Shown piece by piece: positions 26,127-40,178 of a stretch of DNA of 64,000 bases (the first letter of the stretch is position 1; every line of letters starts with the position of its first letter). The position numbers and the translations under genes were made by a program. Under the pieces are notes generated by a model. It worked only from the letters and a program-made list of their open reading frames with translations, did no database searches and was not told the DNA's origin. The DNA comes from Takakia lepidozioides (lineage: Eukaryota > Plantae > Bryophyta), in the NCBI GenBank assembly GCA_030704615.1, contig CM060733.1, positions 71,114,001-71,178,000 of the forward strand. The letters are read 5' to 3'.

Positions 26127-27366
26127 CACTAGAAGAGAAACCGGCTTTTTCCATGGCTCTTTTCACACTTTTTGCCGTGGAATCCGCCCCAGTCCACACC
26201 TGCCATGGGTGTAAGAAACGACTAGTGCTTTTGGACACCCCGTGGACGGCCTGGCTCTCGGGTGGCCCTGTGGAAAAGTCCACGGGTGGTTGAATCCACT
26301 GGTGGCCTTTTTCACGGGGTTCATGGCTTTTTCCACGGGCGACGTGTGCTTTGGCGAACACCGCAACGTGGATCCTACATGTACAAAGTCCACACCTACG
26401 GGAAAACCATGCGACAGCCTCTCACCAGGGTTTGACGACATCTGGGCAACGGTGTGTGCAACACGTGTATTTTTGTGAGGATGACATGTGTATGGACATG
26501 AAGAGGCGTTGTGCACGTATGTGGAGCGGACATCTGGCGTGGCATGTGGGTGTGAAAAAAGCCATTCGGTGTGAGACCATCCACTGGCTGTTTTCACAGT
26601 TTCAGCAAGTTTGGAGGCCACGTGTTCTTTGGCAAACACCGCCACGTGGATCCTAAACGTACAAAGGGTGTGGACTTGTCCACACCTACGGAAAAATGAT
26701 GCGACACCCTGTCACCTGGGCTTGACGACATGTGGGCAACGGTATGGGCAACACGTGTATTTTGGAGAGGACGGCACGTGGCGTAATCTGCATGGAGTGG
26801 GTGTGTAGTATTTTACTGCCTATACTGTAGGTCATTCCACATAGCTGTGGAGCATACCATAGTGGGTGTGAAATATTCTACTGCTGATGTTGTAGGTCAT
26901 TCCACAAAAATGTGGAGGATACCACAAGCAAGCTGCGGTTGATTTCACATACTTGTGACGTCATGGTGTGCACAATTAATCCACATGCATCATGATCATA
27001 TCACAAATCGTGATACTGTCCACACTGTCAGTTTCACAGTCCATGTGAAATATGACTCATATACATAAACACAATTCCAAAGCACCACGGCAACAACCTG
27101 CTCATGACATGTACAATTGACTAAGCATGGCCAGAACAACAGAAAGAATGACCAGATGCAAGGGTGCTTCAAAGTTGGGTACGCCCTTCATTGCCCAAAT
27201 ACAGTTTAGTCTGAACATGCAAGTATTGCAGAGTCTACACTGCTGATCACAACCCCACAATGTACCCAAATCCTACATTGATGCGCAAAATCACGAAGAA
27301 AAGGTGAAATCGATATGAAGTGGCGTTCAGTCAAAATTGCCTTCAAATTGAGGATCCCCCACAACC

Positions 27367-30151
27367 TCATGTTCGGGTCAGTTTGAGGAACTTGGCAGAC
27401 CACAGGACCGTGCTGCCTATAGTGTCACTGAGCATCACAACGGGAGGCCTAACATCCTTGTTGGGGTATGGTAGAGCAACATCTGCCCCATGTACTGCTT
27501 CAACCGAGACAACATGATAATCGGCATGAACGACATAAGCCTGCCAGTCAGTCGACATGCCCAATATATGGCCCACGCTTGCCTTCTGTTTGGGTGCATT
27601 GGGGTCAAACATTGTGACCTTGTCACCAACCTGAAACTGGAACAGCCAACACCACCAATGTGTGCCCTTGTCATTTGTTATGCACATGAAACAGTTATGG
27701 ACAGGGAAAACGCGAGATGTCATCATATAGCCCTGCGAACAAAATACGGATGTACTTCCACGAAGGGAAACTTACAACAGGAGCCGGCGCTTTGAAGCTT
27801 CCCATACGGCTCCCATCAACGTTGCTGGCAGCAAGTCTTGCGGACTTCTTGGTCATCTTCACCGCAACAATTTCCTTTGGTGGCTTCTGAATCAATAGAA
27901 ACCCACACATGTACACAGAATTCATGAACGGCCTGCAGGTATTGCATAATCGACTTGGAACAGCACAAGAATATAGGAACACGAGTACTTACCTTCCGAA
28001 CAACGGCCAATTTTGTTGTTGAATCAATGTTCTTCCCTGCCCCAACAATAACCACTCTTGTGCCCTTAGCCCCTGCCCCTATGTCTTGGGCACTCTGTCT
28101 AAGTTCACTGCCGGTGTGATCCTCCACTACAGGCACTCCCTTCTCAATAAGGGGGGATAGGTCATCATTGGCACCATAATTAAGGCAAGGATCATCACAT
28201 GCCATGTTTTGAACTTTGTCCTCACCTGTGGCATCTTCTTCCACAATACTGCCCCATTTCCTTTGTCCACTGCCTCCACTGCTAGGAGGCTGCTCACCTG
28301 TACTTGTCATTTCCACAGTAGCCGCAGGTGGGACAACACCATGAACACGGGGCGACAACTCACACACAATGTTTGATGCTGATGGAGATTCATCCCTCAG
28401 CAGGTCCAAACCGAGCTTCGCTGACAATGCCATGTTGAACTTCTCTGTCTTAGATACTGCAGCGGCAAACATGGATTTCACTACCTACAATTCCAATTTG
28501 TGCTCCATTGAGTTGGCCTCCATTGTATGTTTCCATCCTTCCAAGCCATCAAGCCGAGAAGCCAATGCTCCAAGGCCCTGCCACAAATAGAGTGGAAATA
28601 CGATTCAATACATCGATCGCACTAGCCATGCGAGGTAATTTATTGGCATATGTACAAGAAGGCAAAACCATAAATAATTGACAAGCACATCATTGCAACA
28701 AATGCAAGTGGGTTAGTTACTTATAGAACAGGTGGCCCCTGCTAAATCAGAACCATACCCCTTGTTGCTATTCTTGCTCCCCAAAATTTCGGATAGAAGT
28801 GGAGGACGACCACTTGTCTTAGCCTACACATGGACAGGATATAGGAATATTAGTGCCATCCTCTAAGAGTAAGATACAAATGACAAGACACCTCGCTACC
28901 TGAATATATTGGCAATGTCATGAGACAGGCAGATTTACCAGACGTTCCTCAACGCCGCTAAGGCCACTGCGTCTAGATCTCGAAGGGGCACCAACATGCC
29001 CCCATGCATGCTTGCCATTATCACGACTCTTTTGCCATTCGGGCGTGTTCCAATGCCTCACTAATTCTGCCCAAGTCTTGTCCGCAACATAGTGGGGCTT
29101 AGGTTTGCCACGGGAGTACACTTTTCTAAATAGTTTGATGCGCTGGTATTTAATGACGCCTCCAATCTCAGTTTGAAGTTGGGCGCCAGTTATCCCAAGA
29201 GGTAAATATTCCCAATCATCTGTTAATAGTTCACCCACCTCGTCAATCAGACTTTGAGGTTGAAGATGGATGGGCACAGAACAGTCCAGCACACGTTGGC
29301 ATTGCCCTCGCAGGGCTGCTAGCCAGTCATTCCGTGCATCCCCGCATGGGCCCTTTTTGCCACAGGCAACTATGAATCTCTTCTGCCCAGCAGCCACATT
29401 TGCACAAGCCGTTTCCTTCAACCCTTTCCGTGCTACTCTCCTCGCCTTGCGCAAAAAATTGGTTCTGTCCTTGCCAGTCAAAATGTTGCGCATCTGGAGT
29501 CATATTGGAATCACGGGCCTCCTCTCCTCCCTCACAACCTGCAACATGGGGCCCTGCGGGCGGACATGAACCCTGCCACGCACCAACGTGGGGTGTGGGG
29601 TGGACAGGAACATAACCTGTGCTCGGAGCTGGTGAGCTTGGGAATTGAAGAGGCCGTGAAGCAGTGCAATTGGGTGAAGCTGTGGGCTGCCTGGAATAAG
29701 GGCCATGCAGCGGCGCACTATACATGGGGCTTTTGGGATACGTTGCCTGGGGAGGATACGCAGGTGGGGGAGGGTTGGGGTGAGGGTACCACACACCTTC
29801 GTGGTAGTGCCCATGCTGAACAGGAGCATGTTGTGCTTCCCCAGTTTGCGGAAATGCCCCACACGAAACTGCATGACTACTTGGACCTGCACATGACCGG
29901 TTCTCCCCTGACGGGCTGTTTGCATTGTAGGACTGAGAAAAGAGCGGGTGAATTTCAGGGGTGGCTGGAACATGAGCAGTCTGTTGTTGATACTGTGCAT
30001 ACCTCTGAATGCCAGGGGGATAAAACACACCAGTGTTAGGTGGAAAGGAGGGAGGGCCTCTTCCATCCGGGGTTGGTTGAAGACGTTGGGAGGGATGGTT
30101 GAAGACACCTGCCGGAGCAACTCCCTTCTTCTTTCTCACTGCATCCTGCAA
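27367..30151 (-). pseudogene. CACTA TnpA-like gene (multi-exon; 5' end approximate)
   Basis: Ptta/En/Spm-like KPHYVADKTWAELVRHWNTPEWQKSRDNGKHAW. C-terminal Tnp1-like VSVEAVHGADVALPYP..LSDTIGSTVLW. Confidence 0.75.
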
Positions 30152-32569
30152 ATCAACATGTGGGAAAGAGTTATGTAGGAAGATAAAGCATGAACATCAT
30201 GTAGGATACATCAACAAAAAATGCGCTCTATAATATACATACACTGAATGCAGCAAAAATTGCACCCAAAATGCATTTACGTCTGATCCATTGAACACGC
30301 CAAACGTCACTGGGGAAGTCCTCCTTGTATGTTTCGACCCTCTTTGGGGGTTCTTTGGGGAATCCCTTGTAGGCACAATCTGGCCCCGATGACCATCGTA
30401 CATATCAATGAGAGTACAATATGATAATGGCTGATAATGGCTTCACATATTATCAACATATGACAATAGAGGGGGCAGGAAGATGGGGGAGGAAGAGTCG
30501 TGAGCGCCCCCTCTCGGACATGGCTGGCTGATGAGGCGGTTAGCATCGTGCTCCTGGGGGTTCCTCCTCTCCCACTACAATTTCTTTCTTGTCTAGACAT
30601 GACACCACAATATGCAACCCCCTACCTGTCCAGGTCCCTCCCTCCCACAACCCCCTTTGCAATTTTTGGGTATTAAGACAGGCCATCACAAGTTTGAACC
30701 TCCTCTGAGGGAGTTAGCAATCTGCAGAGTTGCATTGCATGCATTGCGGGCAAATACGTATACTTCATTAGGCGGAGGGCCAAATGCGTCGAGGACAGGA
30801 TGACAACAACACAGTGCACTCACAGGCAATGAAAAAAGTAGAGAAGGAAGAACTTATAAGGGTTTAGGACAGACGCTAATTAGGCCCAACTGGTACCTCG
30901 CAATGTACAGGAGTGGCCCCCAATGGCTTTTGGGACCAAAGGGGGAAAAAAAAAAAAAAAAACAGGAGCCAAAACCATAACCATAAGCAGCCCAGAATGA
31001 GGTAAATGGAGTGGTGCCTTATAATGACTTTGAAATGCATAAAGACCTTACGAGACCAAACCCTAAACTACGAAGCAGATACATTAAAATCAGGGCCATT
31101 ACCATCTCAATTACTGAATGAGACCAAAAGGAAAAAAACAATATTTCTGTTTCCTGGGGATCTTTGAGAACAGATTGGGCTGAAAGCGGGAAACTTTACA
31201 TTAACTGAGACAGAGTGGGCCTTCTAATGTCTGTGAAAAGCTCAAAGAACTTATGGACCAAAAAAGAAAAAACCATAACGAAATTGGCACTGCAGCCACT
31301 GTGAAAAGCACAAAGAGCTTGTGAGACGAAAAAGAAAGCCACAAGCAAAAGGAGACAAAGCCTCCGCCATTATTGGTCGCCATTAAGAAAAAAACACAAG
31401 CAAGAAGAGACAAAGCCAGTAGCCATGAGCAGCCCATAGGCTCGGCGATGAAGGAAGATGTGCATAAGATTGAAATCCTACCTTCACAAAAGCTGCCAAG
31501 CATGAATGACCTCGTAGTATAGAGAACAGTAAAGACCTTTCAACCATACTGCTTATGAATCTGTAATACTTTTGTTTCATGTGTGGTGCAACAACTTGGT
31601 AATGGGCGGTAAAATTACAAGTGCACATGTGGTGATGTCCACATTCAGAACAAATAACAGCACATCTGGATGGTTGAAGGCATAGCGCCCATTAGCTTCC
31701 AGCTCTAGCAAGAAAGAGTTTTATTTTCGGAAGGACCAAATAATGTGGGGGGTTGCAAATCCATGCAAAGTACACACCCATAATGTGGACTGGTAATTAG
31801 TGTCTGTAACACATAATGGTCTCTGGATTGCTCACCTCAAGCCCCCCATACAAAGTATGTATGTTTTCAAAGAAAGGTCATCTCTACAATTCCAACTCGC
31901 AATCATGACAAAGCGGGGTGGTACATGCAGAGGGATGAAGCACCGAATCTCACAAACATGAGAAACAGAGAGAAATCACAAAGCAAAAGATAACTTTGGC
32001 TATATATGAATCTGGAATCTCCATGATTCTGAATTCATGGGTTCCGAGGTGCCACAAACCTTCTTGTGATTCATGAACATTCTCCTCCACCATCACAAGA
32101 AGCCTCATCCCTGTCACAGTGAGGGTTTTTAACAAGCCAAAAATAGAGTAACCAACACACGAGCCCTCTCTATGAGTAAGTCAAAGCCATCATAAATAGG
32201 GCCACATACTGTCATGTGTGGAGGAATTGAACCTGTAGCCAACTGAATGGCTCTACCCCATGCAGCACATGTGACCTGCAAGCACACAGTCAAAAAAATG
32301 GGGGTTTACGAACTTGCCAAATCCCAAGCATGAACAGAGGGGTCCCATTAGTGGGGAAGACATGTGAATCACCATCCACAGTTGCAATGCCCATCAGATC
32401 CAACATGTGACTTGCTGTGCAGATTGTCCCCCGACTACACCAAACCAGAACAAACATCATAAAGAAGTACATCCCCAACACATTGCACCCAACCCCCACA
32501 ATCTGAACACAGGGAAAATAGAAAGCATGCTTTAGGAAAAAGAACAAGTGGAGTGGGGGAGTTGGCCGC

Positions 32570-33026
32570 TGGCTGAAGCACATTGTGTCCTGTGATTTGG
32601 CAAGCATTTTGTACAATTGATTGTTCGGCGTGAGTAATAGAGAGGGGGAGGGAGGAGCAGGGGCATCAGAATTCAGTTCGTAGCTAGAGAGTAAGTAAGG
32701 CATGGATGTGGGAAGGGGGGGAGATAGTAGAGAGGTGGAGTAACAACTGAAGCAACATGACGCTATTGCCCTTTTACCAGGAATCATCTTCCTCGCTGCT
32801 ACATTCACAGGGAAAATAACCGCAACAAGTGGATGTTGCAGCACAGGATGTCCTGTGATTTGGGACTCAAAATGCCACTCAGTGTGCCACTCAAAATGTC
32901 ATATAATGCTATTGTCCTTTTACCAGGCCAGTGGCTGAAGCACAGGGTGTCCTGTGATTTGGAACTCAAAATGTCACTCAGTGTGTCAGTTTAAATGTCA
33001 ACATGACGCTATTGTCCTTTTACCAG
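32570..33026. repeat. Short diverged ~100-bp repeats at the TnpD 3' end
   Basis: TGTCCTGTGATTTGG three times and GCTATTG.CCTTTTACCAG three times. Confidence 0.6.
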
Positions 33027-36000
33027 ATGTAGTCATCTTCATCGCTACTATTTTCACTACACTCATGGTCAGTGTTGCAATCCTCACTATCTCGGTGCCA
33101 TGGTTCGTCCCTTCGTGGGGGCCTCATCATAGCAATAGTAGCCATCTCAGCTTCGGTAAGGGTCGTTGAAGGTCCAAATTCTGTGTTGGGATTCACATCC
33201 TCCAATGCCTCCGCCACTTGCATCCTTACGCATGACTCATTCTCACCCAAGCTGACACCAATGACATCATGTACCACGCGCCGTGAGCGCGGCTCCTTCT
33301 GAAGTACTACTTTCCAGTTCCAGCGTTGGAGGGCTCATCTGCAAAAAAAACTTGCTCGACTTGCCATGGAAATGTGAATGGTTCATCTCCCGGTGGCAAC
33401 ATGCGATCGAAGTCCACGAGTAGGAAACCATACTCATCCTTCTTCATGGTGCGGTTGCGACCTGTCCAGCTTGCTCTGACCCATTCACATATGAATACTA
33501 CAGGAGTGACAGCACCATACTGAAGCTGTAAAATTTCACGAACAACACCAACATATTGCAGCTGGTTCATGACAGGGTTATCATCCACACCCCTTCCCGT
33601 TGACTCTTCGGCAAAAATCTGTGCAACCCCATAGTCGAATGTGACATGGTAATCAACCACACCTGTTTCACCCACTCTGTAGTGATTTCCGTATGCCCAC
33701 ATAGAGCAAAATGAACGAGCAACAAACCTTGGTGGCTTACACAGATGACGAATATTTGCATCATATGCTGCTCCTCTTGAAACAACATTTTGTACTGCCG
33801 ACTGTATCCACATATGAAAAGCAGGCAAAGGCAACATGTTTTCGGGGTATGGAACGGTGCGTTGGTGTGCATTTCTCCCTTGGGTGCTGTATGTGGCTCG
33901 AAATTCGGCTCTAGCTGATTCTATGGTGGCCTTCTCAATATCATAAAGTCTGGTCATACTCAATTCACACTTAGTCAGAACCATAATATGTACAAAGAGG
34001 CTGATTGAAAATTGAGAATGCGCGAATTTTGTATCCGGAAAAATACCCCAGAGTTAGCATGTGAAGCTAAATAAATGATGTATACTTACCTCAGAAACGG
34101 TCTCATGCACGTCGTGTTGTGAAGCACATAGTTGTGTGCACTGGCCCGAAGCTCAGCCGATAGTTTCCTTGGAGTTCCTTTGCCCTCTAATACTTCTCCC
34201 GCAACACTTTCTTCTTCGTTGGAATCCAAACCCTTCTACGAGTTCCTGGAAATGCAGCCATGTACTCTGTGAGGAGGCCAAGAGCCTCATCAAGAGAATA
34301 CGTGCTGGCCATGCAACCTTCTGGCCGAGCATAGCTCTTCACATATCCCTTCAAATTTTTCATGTACCTCTCGATGGGGTACATCCAACGTGAACTAACA
34401 GGACCACAAACCTCCAATTCATCCACAAGGTGTAGCACAAGGTGGGTCATGAGATCGAAGAATGAGGGGGGAAACTCTTTCTCCAACAAACAAAGCGTTA
34501 CAACCACATCCTCCTTCAGGGCTGGTAGTCACTGTTTTCATGCACAATGCGCGAAATACACGAGATAGCTTCATGATTGCGAGCCTTGGACCTTTGCCCA
34601 GCAAACCTCGAATGCACAAAGGTAGAACTTGTTGCATCAGTAGATGGTAGTCATGACTCTTCATGTGTGAAAGCTTGTTCTTAGCAATATGCTTCTTAAA
34701 TGAAGCACCATACCCTGTTGGTGTCTTTAGAGCACCCAAAGTTGCATAAAAGGTAGTAGTTTCCTGTCGATTCAACACGTAAGGAGCCTGCGGCTTCACC
34801 AACTTCTTGCCATCTCCGGGGTGGGGTTTTAACCATAAGTGAGGTCGTATGCCCTCATTCTCCATGTCCTTCCTGCTCTTTACTGTGTCCTTTTCCCCCA
34901 ATATGGTGCGCATGGGATTTGGCAGGGCACACATTCCGGCGACGTCTGCCGAATGTTTCCATGAACCTCTCGTTTTCCTCCGCATTTTGGAGCTGATCCA
35001 CAGTGGATACTTGGGGGGGGGGGGGGTCCTCTGTGATCGGAGGCTCCATTGAAGTGGTTGCGATTGCGTCTATATGGATGGCCTGCTGGTAAAAAAAAAT
35101 TGTGCCCCTGGTACACCATTTTGCTCAGTGCACTGGAGTGCCTGGCATCAAGATTGGGCCCGCACACGGGACAAGCCTTGTAGCCCCCAACTGCACACCC
35201 TGCTAGCATGGCATATGCAGGATAGTCATGTACTGACCACATCAGAATGGCTCTCATGACAAAGGTCCTTGATCCTTCATTGCGAGATGCATCATTAGCC
35301 CTAACACCTTCCCACAACACGGTCAGCTCATCCACCAGAGGTTGCAAGAACACATCCGTTTTGGTCTTCTTTACGGATGTCGGCCCTGGAATTAAGAGTG
35401 TCAACATCATAAAAAAAGGCTTTGTGCTCAGCCAAGGAGGAAGGTTGTAGTTCATGAGCAAGACAGGCCACGTAGACCATTTTGTTGATTTATCACCAAA
35501 GGGATTGATACCATCCCATGCCAGACCTAGTCGCAAGTTGCGAGGTTCAGCTGCAAAAGCAGGCCATGTATCGTCAATGTATTTCCATGCAAGGCTGTCA
35601 GGCGGGTGTCTCATCTTCCCATCTTGACTTTGGTTCTCCGTGTGCCACACCATAAGCATAGATATCTCCTTGCACTTGTACATGCGCTGCAGCCGGGGAA
35701 TCAAGGGGAAATGCCGCAAGACCTTTTGTGGAACCAACGTCTTCATGCCAGGGGTGTACCGAGGCATAATTAAGCCCAGCTTTTGTTATAAGTTTCTTCG
35801 CTTCGTAATGAGATTTGGGCAAAAAGTTTCCTTTAGGCAATAGATGTCCGTGCAAAAGTTTCAGAAGCTCATCCATCGCTGCGTTTGTGACACCATGAGT
35901 AGCACTAACATTGAGCAAGAGCAACGTTGCAATCAAGCAGCTGGTGGGGCAGCCAACATACAGAGGTGTGGTTGCTTGATGCTGAAATTGGAAAACAGCA

Positions 36001-36554
36001 TGCGAATGATGTCGACGTCGGGGTCTACCACGAACAGGAACAGGGCTAATTTGTCTCGGAACATCATCCTCAGGGGGGCTACGTTCTTCCACAAAGTCTT
36101 CGTCTTCAGAGTCGACACTCTCCACCTGCATGTTCACCTCCAAAGTATAAGAGTATAGTCTTGTCCAAAATGTAACTTGTTGCATAAAACAGGGAATCTC
36201 CTATTTGACCGTGCTAGTTTCCATACAGTAGTCCACCGTACATTTACAGTAGAGGGCCGTTCAACATTAGCATTCTAAGGGCTTCATCCTAAGTTATGTC
36301 TACGAGAAGTGAGGCGAGAGATGCACGTCACTCACCATGGGATAACCCAACAGTGGATCCCGGTCGTTGGCAAGCAAATGCAATTTGGCAGTTTCCACGA
36401 ATTGGAGTCGACCCCCATGGCAGTCGTTGCAGGGACACATTATCTTTGAAAGACCCAATCTAGTTGCACATCGTTCCTCGATTTGCCAAAGTCTTGCGTC
36501 AGTGCCGGGCACCGTAGTGCGGCGCCGGGTGTTTCTAGTTCCGACCTCTCTCAT
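33020..36554 (-). pseudogene. CACTA TnpD transposase (transposase-associated, Transposase_21, DUF4218 and DUF4216-like domains), frameshifted
   Basis: CPCNDC; LRHFPLIPRLQRMY..MRHPPDSLAWK..RNLRLGLAWDGINPF..YNLPPW..HDYPAY..GYKACPVC; MKSHDYH; FPPSFFDLMTHLVLHLVDE..GPVSSRWMYPIERYMK; YVGVVREILQLQY..FICEW..DEPFTFPWQVEQVFF. Confidence 0.95.
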
Positions 36555-36722
36555 TTATGACGAAACGCTTCTGGGTTTGAGTAGTTTTTGAAGTGGGAAG
36601 TCAGCGAGTGCTCGGATGTGGGGAACCTACGCCTGGCTTACAGGTGTTGGAGTATTCGTATGGCGGGTCCACCTCCCCTCTGTTTCCTACATGCGCTCCT
36701 TCTATTGTTTGATCAGTAGATC

Positions 36723-37573
36723 ATGGTAGTCTTGTTTGAGGTCGATTACTGCAATTTGAGCGACGAGGAGGAACCCGCCATGGCACGGACATGCAGCAGC
36801 AGGACCCCCCAAGCGCATAGTGCCCGCGCCCCCACCACCTCCGCAAGAAGACCCTATCCGACTACACTGGCTTCCCGCACACCCGCACCCAAGCCCTCTG
36901 CACCCAAGGCCTCTACACCCGACACCCCTCCACGCACTGCCTACGAGGAAGAGCGAGAGAGGCGCATAGCAGCCAACAAGGAGACGTTGTCTCAGCTGAA
37001 CATTGGGAGCGTTGCGCGCAGGTGAGCAGATCACCCTTGTCCTTAGTATGCATGCTACACAGGTAGTGAGTAGGGGTTTCCCACCACATTAGCCTACTGC
37101 TTTTCTCCCCCATAGGTTTGATGGTGATAGCACTTTCACGATCGCCTTTTGTTTAGGGCAAGATTCTCATAGGGTTTTGGAAATGTGTGCGCAGCATAGC
37201 CAGGAGTGTACAACGGCCGACTAGGAGCTCCAAAGTTGTGTGGAACGGGCCTCCTCGACGAAGCGGGCGCTTGAAAGAACTAGCATTACCTTTGATGGCG
37301 GAGGAAGAGCCCGAGACTCCCCAGCTGGTGGGCTCTGAGGCAGAGGAACTCGACGAGCGTGATCAGGAGCTCGATGAGGATTACAAAATAGATGATGACG
37401 ACGATTCGGAGGAGGAAATGGACGAGGGCCTAGAGGAGGACGAGGATGGAGATGATGTGGACAAGGTATCAGATTTGGAGAACTACATCAGTGGTGCATG
37501 TGGACTGACCGAGCCTCCCAATGCAACGCATGCTCAGAGGGCACCCAAACGGCCAGCTCCTCTTCCACGAGAG
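36723..37573 (+). CDS. Two-exon fragment of an accessory gene divergent from TnpD; function unknown
   Basis: TAYEEERERRIAANKETLSQLNI and PRRSGRL motifs plus an acidic tract; GT donors near 37022 and 37574. Confidence 0.45.
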
Positions 37574-38375
37574 GTAAGTGGGCATTTGCTTTTTGATTTT
37601 TTTAGGTTTTTGGCAGGGTTCATGTGCTTGATATGAGAATGCCCCGAGCACGGTTGGGATAAGTTCCAAGTAAAGAAGTTGCAATGGCAAGCAATGGGCT
37701 TTTGCAATGTGCTCCCCTCTGTTTTCAAATGGGTGCACATGAGTGGGGGGAATTAAAGGACTTCACCAGTTGCACGGGACATTGATCTGTCTACTACTTG
37801 GAACCCAATTTGTCAGTGACGTATTCTATTTTAAAGTCCAGCAATGCTTGTATGCTTGGGAGCTTTGATCCTTTGGCCGTCGCCTTTGCAGTAGTTGCTT
37901 TTGGTATGCTCATGCATGTGGTTTGGCTCCTATTTTCATTTTTTGTACACTTTGGTCTCATCAGAAATGCTTGGCAACTTATGTGCATTTGGAGTGGACC
38001 CTTGGGGAATCCCGTCATTCCCCGATATTTTGGGGCTGCTCATGCCTCTGGATTTGCGTCTTCTTATTTGTTTTTCCTTTTGGTCCCAGCAGTTCTTTCC
38101 ATTTTCCACTAGCAGTATGAAGCACCACTTTCTTGCCCTCTATACCTCATGATACAAAGGAGATTCTACTGTCTATTCCTTGGAACCCAAATCTGTTATA
38201 AAAATCTTCTATACCTTTTTCCATTTTGTGCCATGAGAAATGCTTGGGAGCTTATGTCCAGGAGGGTTACCTTTGGGTTGCTCATGCGTGTGTGTTTGGA
38301 TGCAAGACAATAGTTGCTTATGGGCTGTTTATGGCTGTGGTTTTGTCTCTTCTTGCTTGTGGGTTTCCTTTGGTC

Positions 38376-39536
38376 TCATAAGCTTTTGAGCTCTTCACAA
38401 TGATTTTGAAGGACCTCCCTGTCAGCACCATCTGTCTCATCAACACCCTCCACACCGATGTTGCCTGGACGCCTTCTGGCTGGGGGGGTGTCCTGCATTG
38501 TTTGTGCCTGTTTTCTTGGGTTTTTGTTTATTTTTTCTAGGTTTCTTCTTGGCCACTGCAACTTCCAGAGTTGTATTGGCTTGCTCAAGGTGTGTTGTAG
38601 CTATCTCGGCGGCCTCCTCGGTACCTTCCTCGGTCAATGGCTCCAATTGGGTGGGTGCCACCAGCTCGTTCTTCGTGAACTTCTTGTACAGTTCCGCCTC
38701 CCCGTCAGAAATGATATTGGGTGGCAAGTCCAGCCACCAATAGCAGGGAAGATGAGTGACTTTGGCGTACTCAGCTAACTGCTTGCCGTTGTACATTGTG
38801 CAATCAGATCGGAGGCTAGCCCACTGTGTAACACTGGCTGGCATACACTTGATGTATTTGTTGCCCAGTAAATAAAAATTGATGTACCTACAGCAATGCA
38901 CCAAAACCGTCAATGCGGACAAACATGGATTGTTTCGGTAATGAAATAGACTCCAAATATGAAATCAGCGGACGGTAATCATTGCCGACTATAACTCTGA
39001 AAGACTGCACCCCTGTCCAATAGTCGGCACCGACTATGACACCCATTGGTCCCAACCCCATCTCATAGTCGTTGCCGACCACGACTCCCAACGAATCCTC
39101 AGTGTGACTGCAAACCACCCTGCCCCGTCCGGTAGTCTGTGCCGACTATGACGCACCCCTGCCACTGCCCCGTCCTATAGTCTATGTTGACTATGTCGCA
39201 CCCCTGCCACTGCCCAATCCTATAGTCTGTGCCGATTATGACCATAATTCCACCGACTATTACTGCCGACTATTATTGTGACTGCCAATTAATCCATTCA
39301 TTTGCCCTCACATGCTACGAATTGCCTACAAAGACTCTTTACATGAATTGATGGCAATGTAAATCGATTGCAAACCTATAAACGATCCTCCGGGCCGGTA
39401 AAGATCCACCAGGCTGCTTCGTGATCGGCCAACTTCGGCCAGGCCCATCCTTCATCTCGCACCAAAACAATTCCTTCCAATACTTGATGCGGTAATCGTC
39501 CACCCAATCTGAGAGGGTCTTCAGCGGATCATGGGA
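38376..39536 (-). pseudogene. ParB-MTase family fragment B (middle exons; continuation of fragment E across an inversion)
   Basis: HDPLKTLSDWVDDYRIKYWKELFWCEMKDGPGRSWPITKQPGGSLPARRIVYRF and YINFYLLGNKYI..CTMYNGKQ..CYWWLDLPPN, both aligning to copy D at 47953-48690. Confidence 0.85.
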
Positions 39537-40178
39537 TACGTAAAATCGTTGGAGTGAGTAAGTCGAACTTCAAAGTATGTCCATTGGTTGTTAGCATGGT
39601 TAGGATGGGTGTCCCAATGTGGTGCTTCTTGCATCCCATCATCTAATATGCTCTCTCATTATTGCAGTTACGAACCGCCATTAAATTTTACGAAGCGTCC
39701 CGCTAAGGCCATCAGCAGGGTTCCAGGGTGTTCAACAAATTTTGGGATGGAGGACGTTGCCAGGGGGAAGAGGGTCAAAGTGCAAGAACAGATTGCAGCG
39801 CTACAAACTCCAGAAAAAAACTAACAACTGCCTCCGTACACGGCAGCAGCAGGCCTTGCTCAGGCAGAGGAACCGTGGGGAGGATGGTCTCAGCAGCCAC
39901 AGTGGCCAGCACAGATGCGAGCTGGAGAGCAATTCGATCGGATTCGGGACTATGTGGAGCATTCTGCAGAAGAGGGTTCTGAAAGCGAAGATACACGAAC
40001 GGAGGAGGAGTGGGAGGAAGACTGTGGTGAGGAGGGCGTCGGTTCAGAGAGGACTCCGAGCCCGGAGAACTGCTTAAGAGTTGGCTTTCACTTGCTGGAG
40101 GGATCTCCAGTAACTACTGTTGTTGGGGTGTTGCAGGATATAGCGTCGGAGTATCCCGAGGACCTTGGCAGTCCGTAA
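39532..40178 (+). pseudogene. ParB-MTase family fragment G (end of MTase exon plus last exon; continuation of fragment F)
   Basis: TGGAGTGAGTAAGT donor identical to copy D at ~50285. TPEKN*QLPPY..LAQAEE..SQQPQWPAQMRAGEQF..VEHSAEEGSESED aligns to copy D TPPKPMCLPDY..LAQQES..SKRPMWPGEARAVKRF..VEYSVVLGSESSD. Confidence 0.8.
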
